Source of the DNA: Chromatiales bacterium
GTDB taxonomy: Bacteria; Pseudomonadota; Gammaproteobacteria; JAGRGH01
Assembly: GCA_020445605.1 (NCBI GenBank)
Contig: JAGRGH010000006.1
Location: 69,465-133,464 of the forward strand
DNA length: 64,000 bases
Direction of reading: 5' to 3'
Positions within the stretch are counted from its first letter, which is position 1. Every line of letters starts with the position of its first letter. A program made the position numbers and the translations under genes. The notes under the pieces were generated by a model that did no database searches, was not told the origin of the DNA, and saw only the letters and a program-made list of their open reading frames with translations. Of this stretch, positions 9,701-19,004 are shown in pieces.

Positions 9701-9752
9701 CAAACCGCGCTTTTCGGTTGCGCCGTTGAAATGGCCTTTGTCTTCGACAAGC
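9701..9752 (+). repeat. degenerate partial copy of extragenic repeat family B
   Basis: aaaccgcgcttttcggttgcgccgttgaaatggcc resembles the B1 core aaaccgcactcttcagttgcgatgttgaaaaggcc. Confidence 0.3.
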
Positions 9753-9859
9753 TTCCAGACGCAACCCACGACTCGATCGGCGATCCGCGCGCCATGACGG
9801 ATGGGTGCGTTTCGACAAACTGCTAAGCTTCTGCCCAGTTCCGCGCCACGCGTGCATGC

Positions 9860-10804
9860 ATGCAGACGGCAAGCGATCCCTACGCCACTCCAATGCTCGG
9901 CCCGGCCGATCTCGCACGGCTGCGCGCACTCGCGCGCGGCTGCGACTTCCCGCCGCAGAGTCCGCCCTGGATCGAGGCCGCCGCACATGGCGACCGGCTC
10001 GCGCGCATCACCGGCAGCGGCCTGGAACTCGAGGAGCTGCGCCCCTACCAGCCCGACGACGAACTGCGTCGCATCGATCCACGTGCCAGCCAGCGGCTGG
10101 GTCGGCCGATCGTGCGCGTTTATCGAGAAGAACAGCTGCCGAGCGCCTATGCCGTCTGCGACGCCGGCTCGAGCATGCGCTTCGGCACCCGCGGCGGCCT
10201 CAAGCTCGCACAGGCCGCGCGCGTCAGCGCCCTGTTCGGGATTGCGGCGGCGCGGCATGGCTTTGCGGTGGGCGGCGAGCGCGCCGATGCCGGCGGCCGC
10301 ATCGACCCGGTGCCACCACGCACCGGCGACGCGCACCTGGCACGCTGGCTGGCGCGACTCGCCGAACCCGCCCCGCCGCTCGCAGACGATGGCGGACGGG
10401 CACTCGCCAGTGCCCTGCAGGCACTTGCGCGGCGTGTACCGGCCGGTGCGTTCGTGCTGATCGCCAGTGACTGGCGCTTTCTCGACGCCGTGCCGGAGGC
10501 CACGCTTGCCGAACTCGCGCGGCGCACCCACCTGCGCGCGGTCGGTATCCAGGACGCCGCCGAATACGCGCTGCCCGACGTCGGCCAGCAGCGGTTCGGC
10601 CGCGATGCAGACGCAGTCCCCATGACCCTTGCGACCGGGGATTCCGCCGTGCAGGCCACCACCGCCGGCGAACTGGCCGCACAGCGCGAACGCGCAGGCC
10701 GACGCCTGGCCCGCCATGGCGTGGTGCTGCACTGGTTCGCGCCCGGGATCGACTGTGCCGAACGCCTCTGCCAGCTGCTGCGATGGAACCCGACCTCACG
10801 CTGA
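9860..10804 (+). CDS. DUF58 domain protein (MoxR/Bat-operon associated)
   Basis: Motif GSGLELEELRPYQPDDELRRIDPRASQRLGRPIVRVYREE matches the DUF58 signature (G.G.EF..LR.Y.pGDD.R.IDW…R…V.R.YE.E); start could alternatively be the ATG at 9893. Confidence 0.75.
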   Translation: MQTASDPYATPMLGPADLARLRALARGCDFPPQSPPWIEAAAHGDRLARITGSGLELEELRPYQPDDELRRIDPRASQRLGRPIVRVYREEQLPSAYAVCDAGSSMRFGTRGGLKLAQAARVSALFGIAAARHGFAVGGERADAGGRIDPVPPRTGDAHLARWLARLAEPAPPLADDGGRALASALQALARRVPAGAFVLIASDWRFLDAVPEATLAELARRTHLRAVGIQDAAEYALPDVGQQRFGRDADAVPMTLATGDSAVQATTAGELAAQRERAGRRLARHGVVLHWFAPGIDCAERLCQLLRWNPTSR

Positions 10805-11217
10805 TCCGCGACATCATCGAGCCGCGCGGCCCCGCGACGGCTTCGGCCGAGGACCCGCTCGCCGCCGCGCCGGGCTTCGCAATCACGGAACCAGCGATCC
10901 TGGCCGGCATCGCAGCCGTGCTGATCGTCGCCGTGGTTCTGTGGTGGCGCCGTCGCACGGCCTGGCGCCGCGGGATCCAGCGCGCACTCAACGCCGCCGG
11001 GAACGATGCGCCCGGCGCACGCCAGGCCGCATTCGCGACCGCTGCCGGACTGCGCCGGCGCTTCGCCCGGTCGCAGCTGGACGCCGACGATCCACCGCAG
11101 GACATCGACGCCGCCGTGTGGCGCGAACTGGTCGCGAGCCTCGACGCACTGCGCTACCCGTCGACCGTGGAGCCGGCCGCAATGGATCGCCTGCGTGGCG
11201 CGGTCGCGCGACTGTGA
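10783..11217 (+). CDS. DUF4381-like single-TM protein (Bat operon)
   Basis: 144 aa, one TM (ILAGIAAVLIVAVVLWWRRR), Arg/Ala-rich tail; overlaps DUF58 end by 22 nt and BatA start by 4 nt. Confidence 0.5.
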   Translation: MEPDLTLIRDIIEPRGPATASAEDPLAAAPGFAITEPAILAGIAAVLIVAVVLWWRRRTAWRRGIQRALNAAGNDAPGARQAAFATAAGLRRRFARSQLDADDPPQDIDAAVWRELVASLDALRYPSTVEPAAMDRLRGAVARL

Positions 11218-12152
11218 GCTTCGCCGAACCGTGGTGGCTCGCGCTGGGTGTGCTGCCGTGGCTGGCGCTGCGCGCAGTCGGCGCCGGTCCGGTCGGGCGC
11301 CGGCCACTGCTGCGCCATCCGTTCGCGGATCGGCTCGGCGTCGCGCAGCGCAGCGTCGCGCCGCGACGCAGCGGCTCACTGGCCGCCGCGCTGGGCTTCA
11401 GCCTGCTCGCCGTCGCGCTGGCGCGCCCGCAGACCGTCGGCGACTGGCTCGCCCCGCCGGTCGCGAGCCGGCAGATCGTCATGGTCGTCGACAGCTCGCA
11501 GAGCATGTCGATCCGCGACTATCGGCTCGGCGACGCGCCCGCCTCGCGCATGCAGGTGCTGCGCGCAACGCTGGCGCGGTTCGTCGGTGCACGGCGTGGC
11601 GACGAGTTCGCGCTGGTGAATTTCGCCACGCGCGCGGCGACCTTCCTGCCGATGACCCACGATGCGGATGTGGCGCTTTCCATGATCGAACGCCTGCGTG
11701 CCGGGCTCGGCGGCGACGACACGGCGATCGGCGACGGCATCGGGCTCGCGCTGCGCGAGATCACGGGTGCCGACGGCCCGCGTCCGGCCCTGCTGGTGTT
11801 CAGCGACGGTGAACAGAATGCCGGCGAGCTGTCGCTGGCCGAGGCCGGCGCCCTGGCCCGCGCCGCCGGCGTGCCGGTGTACGTGATCCGGGTCAGCGCC
11901 CGACCGCCACCCGAAACCGGCGCCGGCTACGACCTGCGCCGGCTCGCCGCTGACACCGGCGGGCGCTGGTTTCAGGCCGGCAGCGGCGCGGACCTGGACG
12001 CCGTGATCGCGACGGTCGGCGCACTCGAGCCCCTGGTACAGCGCGCGCCGACGCAGCGAGCGCAGATCGAGTGGTATCCGCCGCTCGTGTGGGCGGCCGC
12101 GACGCTGCTCGTGCTGGCCGCGGTCGCGCGCATCCGGCGCCTCGCGCGATGA
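11214..12152 (+). CDS. BatA-like von Willebrand factor A domain membrane protein
   Basis: GTG start overlapping upstream stop (GTGA); N-terminal TM pair (WWLALGVLPWLAL…), VWA MIDAS motif VMVVDSSQSMS…, C-terminal TM. Confidence 0.75.
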   Translation: MSFAEPWWLALGVLPWLALRAVGAGPVGRRPLLRHPFADRLGVAQRSVAPRRSGSLAAALGFSLLAVALARPQTVGDWLAPPVASRQIVMVVDSSQSMSIRDYRLGDAPASRMQVLRATLARFVGARRGDEFALVNFATRAATFLPMTHDADVALSMIERLRAGLGGDDTAIGDGIGLALREITGADGPRPALLVFSDGEQNAGELSLAEAGALARAAGVPVYVIRVSARPPPETGAGYDLRRLAADTGGRWFQAGSGADLDAVIATVGALEPLVQRAPTQRAQIEWYPPLVWAAATLLVLAAVARIRRLAR

Positions 12153-13762
12153 TCGGCGGCGACCTGCGGCTCGACTTCCCCGTCGCCGTCGCGCTGGCGC
12201 TGGTCCCGGCCGCGCTGACGTTCTGGTGGCGTCGCAAGGCCGACCCGGCGTTGCGCTACGCAGACACCGCGCTGCTGCCCTGGGCGGTCATCGGCGACCA
12301 CACGCGGACGCGCGCCTGGCGCGTCTGGGCCTGGTGGCTGGGCTGGCTCGCGCTGGCCATTGCCGCCGCCGGGCCGAGCCGTCCGGCCGGCGACAGCGAA
12401 CCCGGCGTCAGCGCCTCGGCGCGCGGCGCGCTGGTGATCGTGGTGCTCGATGCCAGCGACCCGTCGACGGACCGCTTCGGACCCAGCTTTCACGAACAGG
12501 CCCGCATCGCGCTGGCCGATCTCACCGCGCAGATGCGCGGCGCCCGCTTTGCGCTGATCGCCTACGCCGCGGACGCGGGCGTGCTGCTGCCGGAAACCAT
12601 CGATCCGGCGCTAGTCGCGCATTTCGCGGATGTCGCCGTGGATGTGTTTCTTTCCATCGACGCCGAGGATCCGGCCGCGGGACTGGGCGCCGCGCTCGCG
12701 CTGGCCAATGCCATCGCAGGCGAGCGCAGGCCGGCGATCGCCTTGCTCGCGCACCAGCTGCCGCGCGGCGCCGACCGCGCCCTGGGTGTAGGACTGGCCG
12801 CCGATCGCCTGCGCGGCACGGGTCAACCGATCGTCGCGCTGGCACCGCCCGCCTTGCAGACCAATCTGCGCACGCTCACCGATGCGCGCGTTTTCGGGTT
12901 CGACGACACGCAGAGCTGGGTGGCCGCCGTGGACGCCGCGGCCGAACGCGATGAACAGACTGCGAAAGACTCCGCGACGACCCGCGGCCAGCCGGCGGCC
13001 CGGCTCTGGCTGGTGCTGGCGCTGCTGCTGCTGGGCGCGGCACACATCGAGCCCGGCCGGCTGCGCCGCCTCGTGCCCGGACTTGCGCTGGCTGCGGGCC
13101 TTGGCGCGAGCACGGGCGCGGACGCAAGCGAAGCCGAGGTCGCGGCCTGGGATGCCTATCGCGGCCAGGACTACGCGAACGCCCAGTTGCGCTACCACCG
13201 GATCGAGGGCTTCACCGCGCGTTTTGGTGAAGGCGCGGCGGCCTACCGACGCGGTGCCTGGGGCGCGGCCGCGGAGCAGTTCGCCACCGCGGCGCTGCTG
13301 GCCGAGGAAGACCGCAATCGCGCGGCGGCGCTCTACAACCTCGGCAATGCGGAATATGCCGGCGGCGACCCGCGCGCGGCGGTCGAGGCCTGGCTCGCCG
13401 GCCTGCTGCTGAACCCGGCCGACAGTGCACTGCGCCACAACCTGCAGATGATCCTGCAACAGCTGCCGCAGGCGGCACCGAACGACCCGAACCGGCCGGG
13501 ACGCGCGGCCGAGGCGCAGAACCTGCCGCAGGACAACACGCCGCCGGGCTTCGGCGAGGACCCGGCCGGCGAGCTCGGCCCGCTGGCAATCGAGGCGGAC
13601 GCCGCGGGCGGCTGGGCGATTGGCCGCGGGATCGCGCACTCGGGCACCGTCGTTCAGGGCGCGTCGACTGCGGAACTGCGCGCGGCCCGGCGCAAGCTCG
13701 AGTTCGTGCGTGACGAGCCCGGCCAGATGCTGCGCGAGCTGGTCGACGCGGAGCGCAAATGA
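12149..13762 (+). CDS. BatB/BatC-like VWA plus TPR-repeat protein
   Basis: ATG 12149 overlaps BatA stop (ATGA); TM, VWA-like region (LVIVVLDASDPS), C-terminal TPR-like repeats (AAYRRGAWGAAAEQFATA…ALYNLGNAEYAGGDPRAAVEAW). Confidence 0.7.
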   Translation: MIGGDLRLDFPVAVALALVPAALTFWWRRKADPALRYADTALLPWAVIGDHTRTRAWRVWAWWLGWLALAIAAAGPSRPAGDSEPGVSASARGALVIVVLDASDPSTDRFGPSFHEQARIALADLTAQMRGARFALIAYAADAGVLLPETIDPALVAHFADVAVDVFLSIDAEDPAAGLGAALALANAIAGERRPAIALLAHQLPRGADRALGVGLAADRLRGTGQPIVALAPPALQTNLRTLTDARVFGFDDTQSWVAAVDAAAERDEQTAKDSATTRGQPAARLWLVLALLLLGAAHIEPGRLRRLVPGLALAAGLGASTGADASEAEVAAWDAYRGQDYANAQLRYHRIEGFTARFGEGAAAYRRGAWGAAAEQFATAALLAEEDRNRAAALYNLGNAEYAGGDPRAAVEAWLAGLLLNPADSALRHNLQMILQQLPQAAPNDPNRPGRAAEAQNLPQDNTPPGFGEDPAGELGPLAIEADAAGGWAIGRGIAHSGTVVQGASTAELRAARRKLEFVRDEPGQMLRELVDAERK

Positions 13763-15207
13763 GGCGCTGGCTGGCACTCGCGTGGCTCGCGGCCCTGGCG
13801 TTTCCGGCCCGGGGCGAATTCACGCTGGAACCCAGCCGCCGGGTACTGGAGGTCGGCCAGTCCGTGACGCTGTACTTCCGCGCCAGCGACGCACCGGGGT
13901 CGCTGGACGACCTCGACCTCAAGCGCATTCCCGCCGACGACTTCTTTCAGGAACCATCGGAGTTCTCGCGTGGCAGCGGCGTCGGCGAGTTCGGTGAACG
14001 CGTGATCGTGCAGACCCTGAGCGTGCGTCTGTTCGCCCGGCGGGCCGGACAACTGACCATCCCGGCGTTCGAGTTCGACGGCGTCACGCGCGGCCCCCTC
14101 ACGTTCGAGGTGGCACCGCCCGCGGGGGATCTGCGCATCGAACCGCGCGTCGTACCGCGGGCCAGCGGCGGCGCTGCGGTGGGCCGTGCGGATGCACGCA
14201 TGGAGCGCGAGACCTTCGAGCTGCAGGTGGTGATTTCGGCCGCGGCCCGCAAGCTCGACGCACAGATGCTCCTGCCGAGCACACGCGCGTATCACGCCCG
14301 CGCCCTGGAGACCGAAAGGCCCGGCGCCCGCGACGGCCGCGAAACCGTCGTATTGCGCCACGCCCTCACGGTGCTCGCGGCCTCGGGTTTCGAGGTGGAG
14401 TTTCCGCCGATTGAAGTCCGCAGCCAGGACGCCGTGGTCGGACGACGACTAATCCAGCCGCGCGCATTCGGTGTCGCCGTTCAGCCCCTGCCCGGCTTCG
14501 TGCCGGCCTGGGTGCCGGTGGGGCCCGTCGCGCTGGAGTCCGAGCTGGACCCGCCCACGGCCCGGCTCGGCGAGCCCGCGGTCTGGCGCGTGCGCCTGCA
14601 CGGCGCCGGGCTCACCGAGACGACCCTGCGCCAGATGTTCACACTCAATCCGCCGCAGGCCGACGCCATCGAGGTGCTGGCGCCGGCGTTTTCGATCACG
14701 CGCGGCCCTGTGAGCACCGAAGAGACCGCCCGGCTCGACATCCCGCTGCGCCTGCTGCGCGGCGGCGAACTGAAACTCCCGCGACTGCGCCTGCCGTATG
14801 TGGACGCCACGACCGGGCGCCTGGAAAACCTCGCGACCGGCGGCGACACAGTGACCGTGATCGACCCGCGCGCGGGGCGCGTGCCGGGTGGACTGGCGCT
14901 GATCGCGCTGGTGCTTGGACTGTATGTCGCGGCACTGGCGCTCGCGCCGAGTGTCCGGCGGTGGCACGAACAGCGCGCGCTGCGCAGACGCGTCCGTGGC
15001 AGCGCAGACGCCCGCGAACTGCACGCCGCCCTGCTGACCGGATCGGCGGCACGCACGCTCGGCCAGTGGTTCGGGCGCGAGCTGCCGCATCGGCAGGAGC
15101 TGCGCAACCACCTGGAGCGCCTGCGCTATGCCCGGTACGCCGAACCGCAGGACGAGTTTCCGCGCCTGCGCACGGCACTGCTCGCGGCACTCGATTCCGC
15201 GCACTGA
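13759..15207 (+). CDS. BatD-like oxygen-tolerance protein
   Basis: ATGA overlap with upstream gene; signal peptide MRRWLALAWLAALAFPARG; 482 aa with C-terminal TM (GLALIALVLGLYVAALALA) as in BatD. Confidence 0.65.
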   Translation: MRRWLALAWLAALAFPARGEFTLEPSRRVLEVGQSVTLYFRASDAPGSLDDLDLKRIPADDFFQEPSEFSRGSGVGEFGERVIVQTLSVRLFARRAGQLTIPAFEFDGVTRGPLTFEVAPPAGDLRIEPRVVPRASGGAAVGRADARMERETFELQVVISAAARKLDAQMLLPSTRAYHARALETERPGARDGRETVVLRHALTVLAASGFEVEFPPIEVRSQDAVVGRRLIQPRAFGVAVQPLPGFVPAWVPVGPVALESELDPPTARLGEPAVWRVRLHGAGLTETTLRQMFTLNPPQADAIEVLAPAFSITRGPVSTEETARLDIPLRLLRGGELKLPRLRLPYVDATTGRLENLATGGDTVTVIDPRAGRVPGGLALIALVLGLYVAALALAPSVRRWHEQRALRRRVRGSADARELHAALLTGSAARTLGQWFGRELPHRQELRNHLERLRYARYAEPQDEFPRLRTALLAALDSAH

Positions 15208-15327
15208 CCGGACCCGGCCGCGCGCAATAGTCCCGGTCAAACGCCACCATCGGCGCATTCAACTGGATGCAATCGGGGCGCCGGGTTACCATCAAAGTTC
15301 CTGAATCCCCCTTGTTGCCGCAACACC

Positions 15328-16413
15328 ATGGCCGCCGTGCGTTACCAGACCGACGATGTCCGCATCGTCTCGCTGAAGGAAGTCGTCCCGCCCGAAACGC
15401 TGCATGCCGAATTTCCGGTCAGCGACGAGGCGGCGACCCTGATTCACGACACACGCGAGCGCATCCACCGCATCCTGCACGGCGAGGACGACCGCATGCT
15501 CGTGATCGTCGGGCCGTGCTCGATCCACGATCCGGTCGCGGCGATCGATTACGCGAAACGCCTCAAGCGCGTGCGCGACCGGCTGGCCGGCGATCTGGAG
15601 ATCGTCATGCGCGTGTATTTCGAAAAGCCGCGCACGACGGTCGGCTGGAAGGGGCTGATCAACGACCCGGACCTCGACGAAAGCTTTCATATCAATCTGG
15701 GGCTGCAGCTCGCGCGCAAGCTGCTGAGCGACCTGAACCGCATGGGCATGCCGGCGGCCACGGAGTTCCTCGACCTGATCACGCCGCAGTATGTCGCGGA
15801 CCTGATCAGCTGGGGTGCGATCGGTGCACGCACGACCGAATCGCAGGTTCATCGCGAACTCGCCTCGGGCCTGTCCTGCCCGGTCGGGTTCAAGAACGGC
15901 ACCGACGGCGGTCTGCGCGTGGCGATCGACGCCATCGGCGCGGCCTCGCGTCCGCATGTGTTTCTGTCGCTGACCAAGCAGGGGCATTCGGCGATCTTCT
16001 CGACGACCGGCAACACCGACTGCCACATCATCCTGCGCGGTGGCGCACGCGGGCCGAACCACGACGCGGCCTCCGTCAACGACGCCGCCACACAGCTCGA
16101 AGCCGCCGGGCTGGACCCGATCCTGATGATCGACTTCAGTCACGCGAATTCGCAGAAGGACCCGAAACGCCAGGTCGATGTGGGCGCGGATGTCGCCGCG
16201 CAGGTCGCCAGCGGTGACGGCCGCATCATTGGCGCGATGATCGAAAGCCATCTGGTTGGCGGACGGCAGGATGTCGTGCCGGGCCAGGACCTCTGCTACG
16301 GCCAGAGCATCACGGACGCCTGCCTCGCCTGGGATGCGACCGAACCGCTGCTCGAATCACTGGCCGCGGCCGTACGCGCCCGCCGCGGCAGCGCGCAGCG
16401 CGCCGCCGGCTGA
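15328..16413 (+). CDS. 3-deoxy-7-phosphoheptulonate (DAHP) synthase, class I (AroG/F/H type)
   Basis: 361 aa; conserved blocks LVIVGPCSIHD, KPRTTVGWKGLINDP, GARTTESQVHRELASGLSCPVGFKNGTDG, IMIDFSHANS. Confidence 0.9.
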   Translation: MAAVRYQTDDVRIVSLKEVVPPETLHAEFPVSDEAATLIHDTRERIHRILHGEDDRMLVIVGPCSIHDPVAAIDYAKRLKRVRDRLAGDLEIVMRVYFEKPRTTVGWKGLINDPDLDESFHINLGLQLARKLLSDLNRMGMPAATEFLDLITPQYVADLISWGAIGARTTESQVHRELASGLSCPVGFKNGTDGGLRVAIDAIGAASRPHVFLSLTKQGHSAIFSTTGNTDCHIILRGGARGPNHDAASVNDAATQLEAAGLDPILMIDFSHANSQKDPKRQVDVGADVAAQVASGDGRIIGAMIESHLVGGRQDVVPGQDLCYGQSITDACLAWDATEPLLESLAAAVRARRGSAQRAAG

Positions 16414-16433
16414 AACCGGAGTCCCGCACGACC

Positions 16434-16799
16434 ATGGAGTGGCTCGCCCGGATCGCAGTCGCCATCGTCGCCGTGCTGCATCTCGGCTTTCTGGTGCTGG
16501 AGATATTCCTGTGGAAACGCCCGGTCGGGCGGCGCATTTTCGGGCTGTCGCGTGAGGTCACCGATGGCGCCGCGGCACTCGCCGCGAACCAGGGTCTCTA
16601 CAACGGTTTCCTCGCCGCCGGGCTCGTCTGGGGCCTGCTCGATGCACGCGCCGGTACGCCGGTGCTCGTGTTCTTTCTCGCATGCGTCATTATCGCGGGC
16701 ATCTTCGGCGCCCTGACCGCGAAGCAGAGCATCCTGTGGATTCAGGCGCTGCCGGGTGCAATCGCACTCGCGCTGGTGCTGGCGACCGCAATGCGCTGA
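16434..16799 (+). CDS. DUF1304-like small membrane protein
   Basis: 121 aa, 4 predicted TM helices. Confidence 0.55.
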   Translation: MEWLARIAVAIVAVLHLGFLVLEIFLWKRPVGRRIFGLSREVTDGAAALAANQGLYNGFLAAGLVWGLLDARAGTPVLVFFLACVIIAGIFGALTAKQSILWIQALPGAIALALVLATAMR

Positions 16800-16816
16800 C
16801 GAACCCGCGCAACCGG

Positions 16817-16850
16817 CTGTTGAAACGAGAACTTCAACGGCCTGCCAGGC
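16817..16850. repeat. partial family-B repeat / hairpin between convergent genes (overlaps znuA stop codon)
   Basis: gttgaaacgagaacttcaac stem-loop followed by ggcctgccaggc; near-identical to 55009-55043 (gttgaaacgagaatttcaacagcctgccaaac). Confidence 0.35.
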
Positions 16851-17703
16851 AGCTGGCGACGGTATCGGCGATCCCTTCCAGCAGTCGGGCGTAGAGCTGC
16901 GCACCGGGCTCGATGTCGTATCCCAGCGGGTCGAGTTCGGCGCGGTGTACTTCGAGCCCGGCGGTCAGCCGTTCGGCGATGCGCGGCGCAAACTGCGGCT
17001 CGGTGAACAGACAGCGCGCGCCGTCGGACTCGAACAGCCTGCGCAGTTCGGCGAGGTGCCCGGCGGTTGGCGGGCGATCGGCATCCAGCGTCACGCTGGC
17101 GGCAACGGCAAGCCCATAGCGCGCGGCAAAGTAGGCAAAGGCGTCGTGAAAGGTCACGAACGGCCGCCCACGCAGCGGCTCGAGCCGGGTGCGCACACGC
17201 GCATCGAGCGCCGCGAGTTCCTGTTCAACACGCTCGGCATTCGCCCGGTACGCGGCAGCGTGCACCGGATCGCGCCGGGCGAATTGGTCGGCCAGCACGC
17301 GAGCCAGCGCGGCCATGTTCGCAGGGTCGAGCCAGGCGTGCGGATCCACCTCGGCGGCGGAATCCCCGGCGCGACGCAGCGAGACGCCTTCGGTTTCGAG
17401 CAAGGCCACGGCGGTCTGGCCCGGATGCCGCGCGATACTGCCCGCGAGCGCCGTTTCCAGCGCCGGCCCGACCCAGACCACGACATCGGCGGCATCCAGC
17501 GCGCGCGCCTGCGATGGCTTGAGTTGCAGGTGGTGCGGCGAAACGGCACCCGGCAGCAGCAAGCTCACGGACGTGCTTTCGCCGGCCACGGCCACGGCGA
17601 TCGAGTGCAGCGGTCGAATCGTTGCGACGACCTGGATTGGTGGCTCCGCAGCGGCCGCGCCTACCAGTGCAAGAATCAGGGGAACGACCCAGACACGCGA
17701 CAT
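16834..17703 (-). CDS. znuA: zinc ABC transporter periplasmic substrate-binding protein
   Basis: ORF 16834..17721 trimmed to the ATG 17703 (aagagg RBS 9 nt upstream); signal peptide; metal-binding His and a His/Asp/Glu-rich segment; TroA-like fold signature …VFTEPQF…. Confidence 0.8.
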   Translation of the reverse strand: MSRVWVVPLILALVGAAAAEPPIQVVATIRPLHSIAVAVAGESTSVSLLLPGAVSPHHLQLKPSQARALDAADVVVWVGPALETALAGSIARHPGQTAVALLETEGVSLRRAGDSAAEVDPHAWLDPANMAALARVLADQFARRDPVHAAAYRANAERVEQELAALDARVRTRLEPLRGRPFVTFHDAFAYFAARYGLAVAASVTLDADRPPTAGHLAELRRLFESDGARCLFTEPQFAPRIAERLTAGLEVHRAELDPLGYDIEPGAQLYARLLEGIADTVASCLAGR

Positions 17704-17853
17704 CAACGGGAGCCTCTTCATGGTGTGTACTGGCCTGGCCGCTGCATGCGCCCCCGGCCCCGGGTTACCATCGGCGGCTACGATACCGCATGTTCATTCT
17801 GCGGCATGACCGCCCCGCTCCAACACCTGAGCCTACGTCACCCCTTCGAACCC

Positions 17854-18882
17854 ATGTTTGATTCAAGAACCCTGCTGATCACCGGTGGCACCGGGTCGTT
17901 CGGTAACGCCGTTGTCCGACGATTTCTCGGTTCGAACCTGCGCGAGATTCGCATCCTGAGCCGAGACGAAAAGAAACAGGATGACATGCGCAAGCTCTAC
18001 GACAGCCCCAGGCTGAAATTTCACCTGGGCGATGTGCGCGATTACCAGTCGGTCCTGAATGTTACACGTGGGGTTGATTTCATCTTTCATGCAGCCGCGC
18101 TCAAGCAGGTGCCGTCCTGCGAGTTTCATCCGCTGGAGGCGGTCAAGACCAACGTACTGGGCACGGAAAACGTGCTCGAGGCCGCGATCAATTGCGGCGT
18201 CAGCCGCGTGATCTGTCTCAGCACCGACAAGGCCGTCTACCCGATCAACGCCATGGGCATCACCAAGGCCATGATGGAGAAGGTCGCCGTCGCAAAGTCC
18301 CGATCCAGCGGTGACACCGTCATCACGGTGACCCGCTACGGCAACGTCATGGCCTCACGTGGCTCGGTGATCCCCCTGTTTACGAACCAGATTCGCGCAG
18401 GACAAGCACTGACCATCACCGATCCTGCGATGACCCGTTTCATGATGACGCTGGACGACGCGGTGGACCTGGTTCTGTTTGCGTTCGAGCACGGCAACCC
18501 GGGCGAGATTTTCGTACAGAAGGCGCCCGCCGCCACCATCGAAACGCTTGCCAGGGCACTTACCCGGCTGCTTGATGTGCCTGAACACGCCATCAACATC
18601 ATCGGCACTCGCCACGGCGAAAAGCTGTTCGAGGTGCTGCTCAGCCGCGAGGAAATGGTGTCGGCGCAGGATCTCGGCAACTACTTTCGCATCCCGCCTG
18701 ACCTGCGCGACCTGAACTACGGAAAATTCGTCGAACAGGGGGAAGTCACCATCTCCGAGTCAGTCGAATACACCTCTCACAACACCACCCGCCTGGACGT
18801 ACCCGGCATGCAGGCATTGCTGATGAAGCTGCGTTTTATCGAGGCCGCGGTACGCGGCGAGTATGTGGAGCCCGAGGAGTGA
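17854..18882 (+). CDS. UDP-N-acetylglucosamine 4,6-dehydratase/epimerase (FnlA/CapE/WbjB-like)
   Basis: 342 aa; TGGTGSFG Rossmann, short SDR-extended family; …MTRFMMTLDDAVDLVLFA… and C-terminal …LLMKLRFIEAAVRG typical of the CapE family. Confidence 0.8.
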   Translation: MFDSRTLLITGGTGSFGNAVVRRFLGSNLREIRILSRDEKKQDDMRKLYDSPRLKFHLGDVRDYQSVLNVTRGVDFIFHAAALKQVPSCEFHPLEAVKTNVLGTENVLEAAINCGVSRVICLSTDKAVYPINAMGITKAMMEKVAVAKSRSSGDTVITVTRYGNVMASRGSVIPLFTNQIRAGQALTITDPAMTRFMMTLDDAVDLVLFAFEHGNPGEIFVQKAPAATIETLARALTRLLDVPEHAINIIGTRHGEKLFEVLLSREEMVSAQDLGNYFRIPPDLRDLNYGKFVEQGEVTISESVEYTSHNTTRLDVPGMQALLMKLRFIEAAVRGEYVEPEE

Positions 18883-19004
18883 TCCTGACCCGTTGCGGCC
18901 AACGACACCGGGACCGGTCGGAGCCAGGTTCTGTCTCCACGCACGCAGTCCGTGCAAGCACGCAAAGTCGCAGCCTGAAACGTGTCGCAGCACCCTGATC
19001 CATC

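Noticed and set aside
9659-10732. 357-aa minus-strand ORF
   Set aside because: Antisense to the DUF58 gene, which carries the diagnostic DUF58 motif; shadow ORF.
12611-13777. 388-aa minus-strand ORF
   Set aside because: Antisense to the BatB-like gene; low complexity.
17722-17853. Search for a Zur box between znuA and the fnlA-like gene
   Set aside because: No AT-rich ~19-bp palindrome found by eye. Left as an open question rather than annotated.
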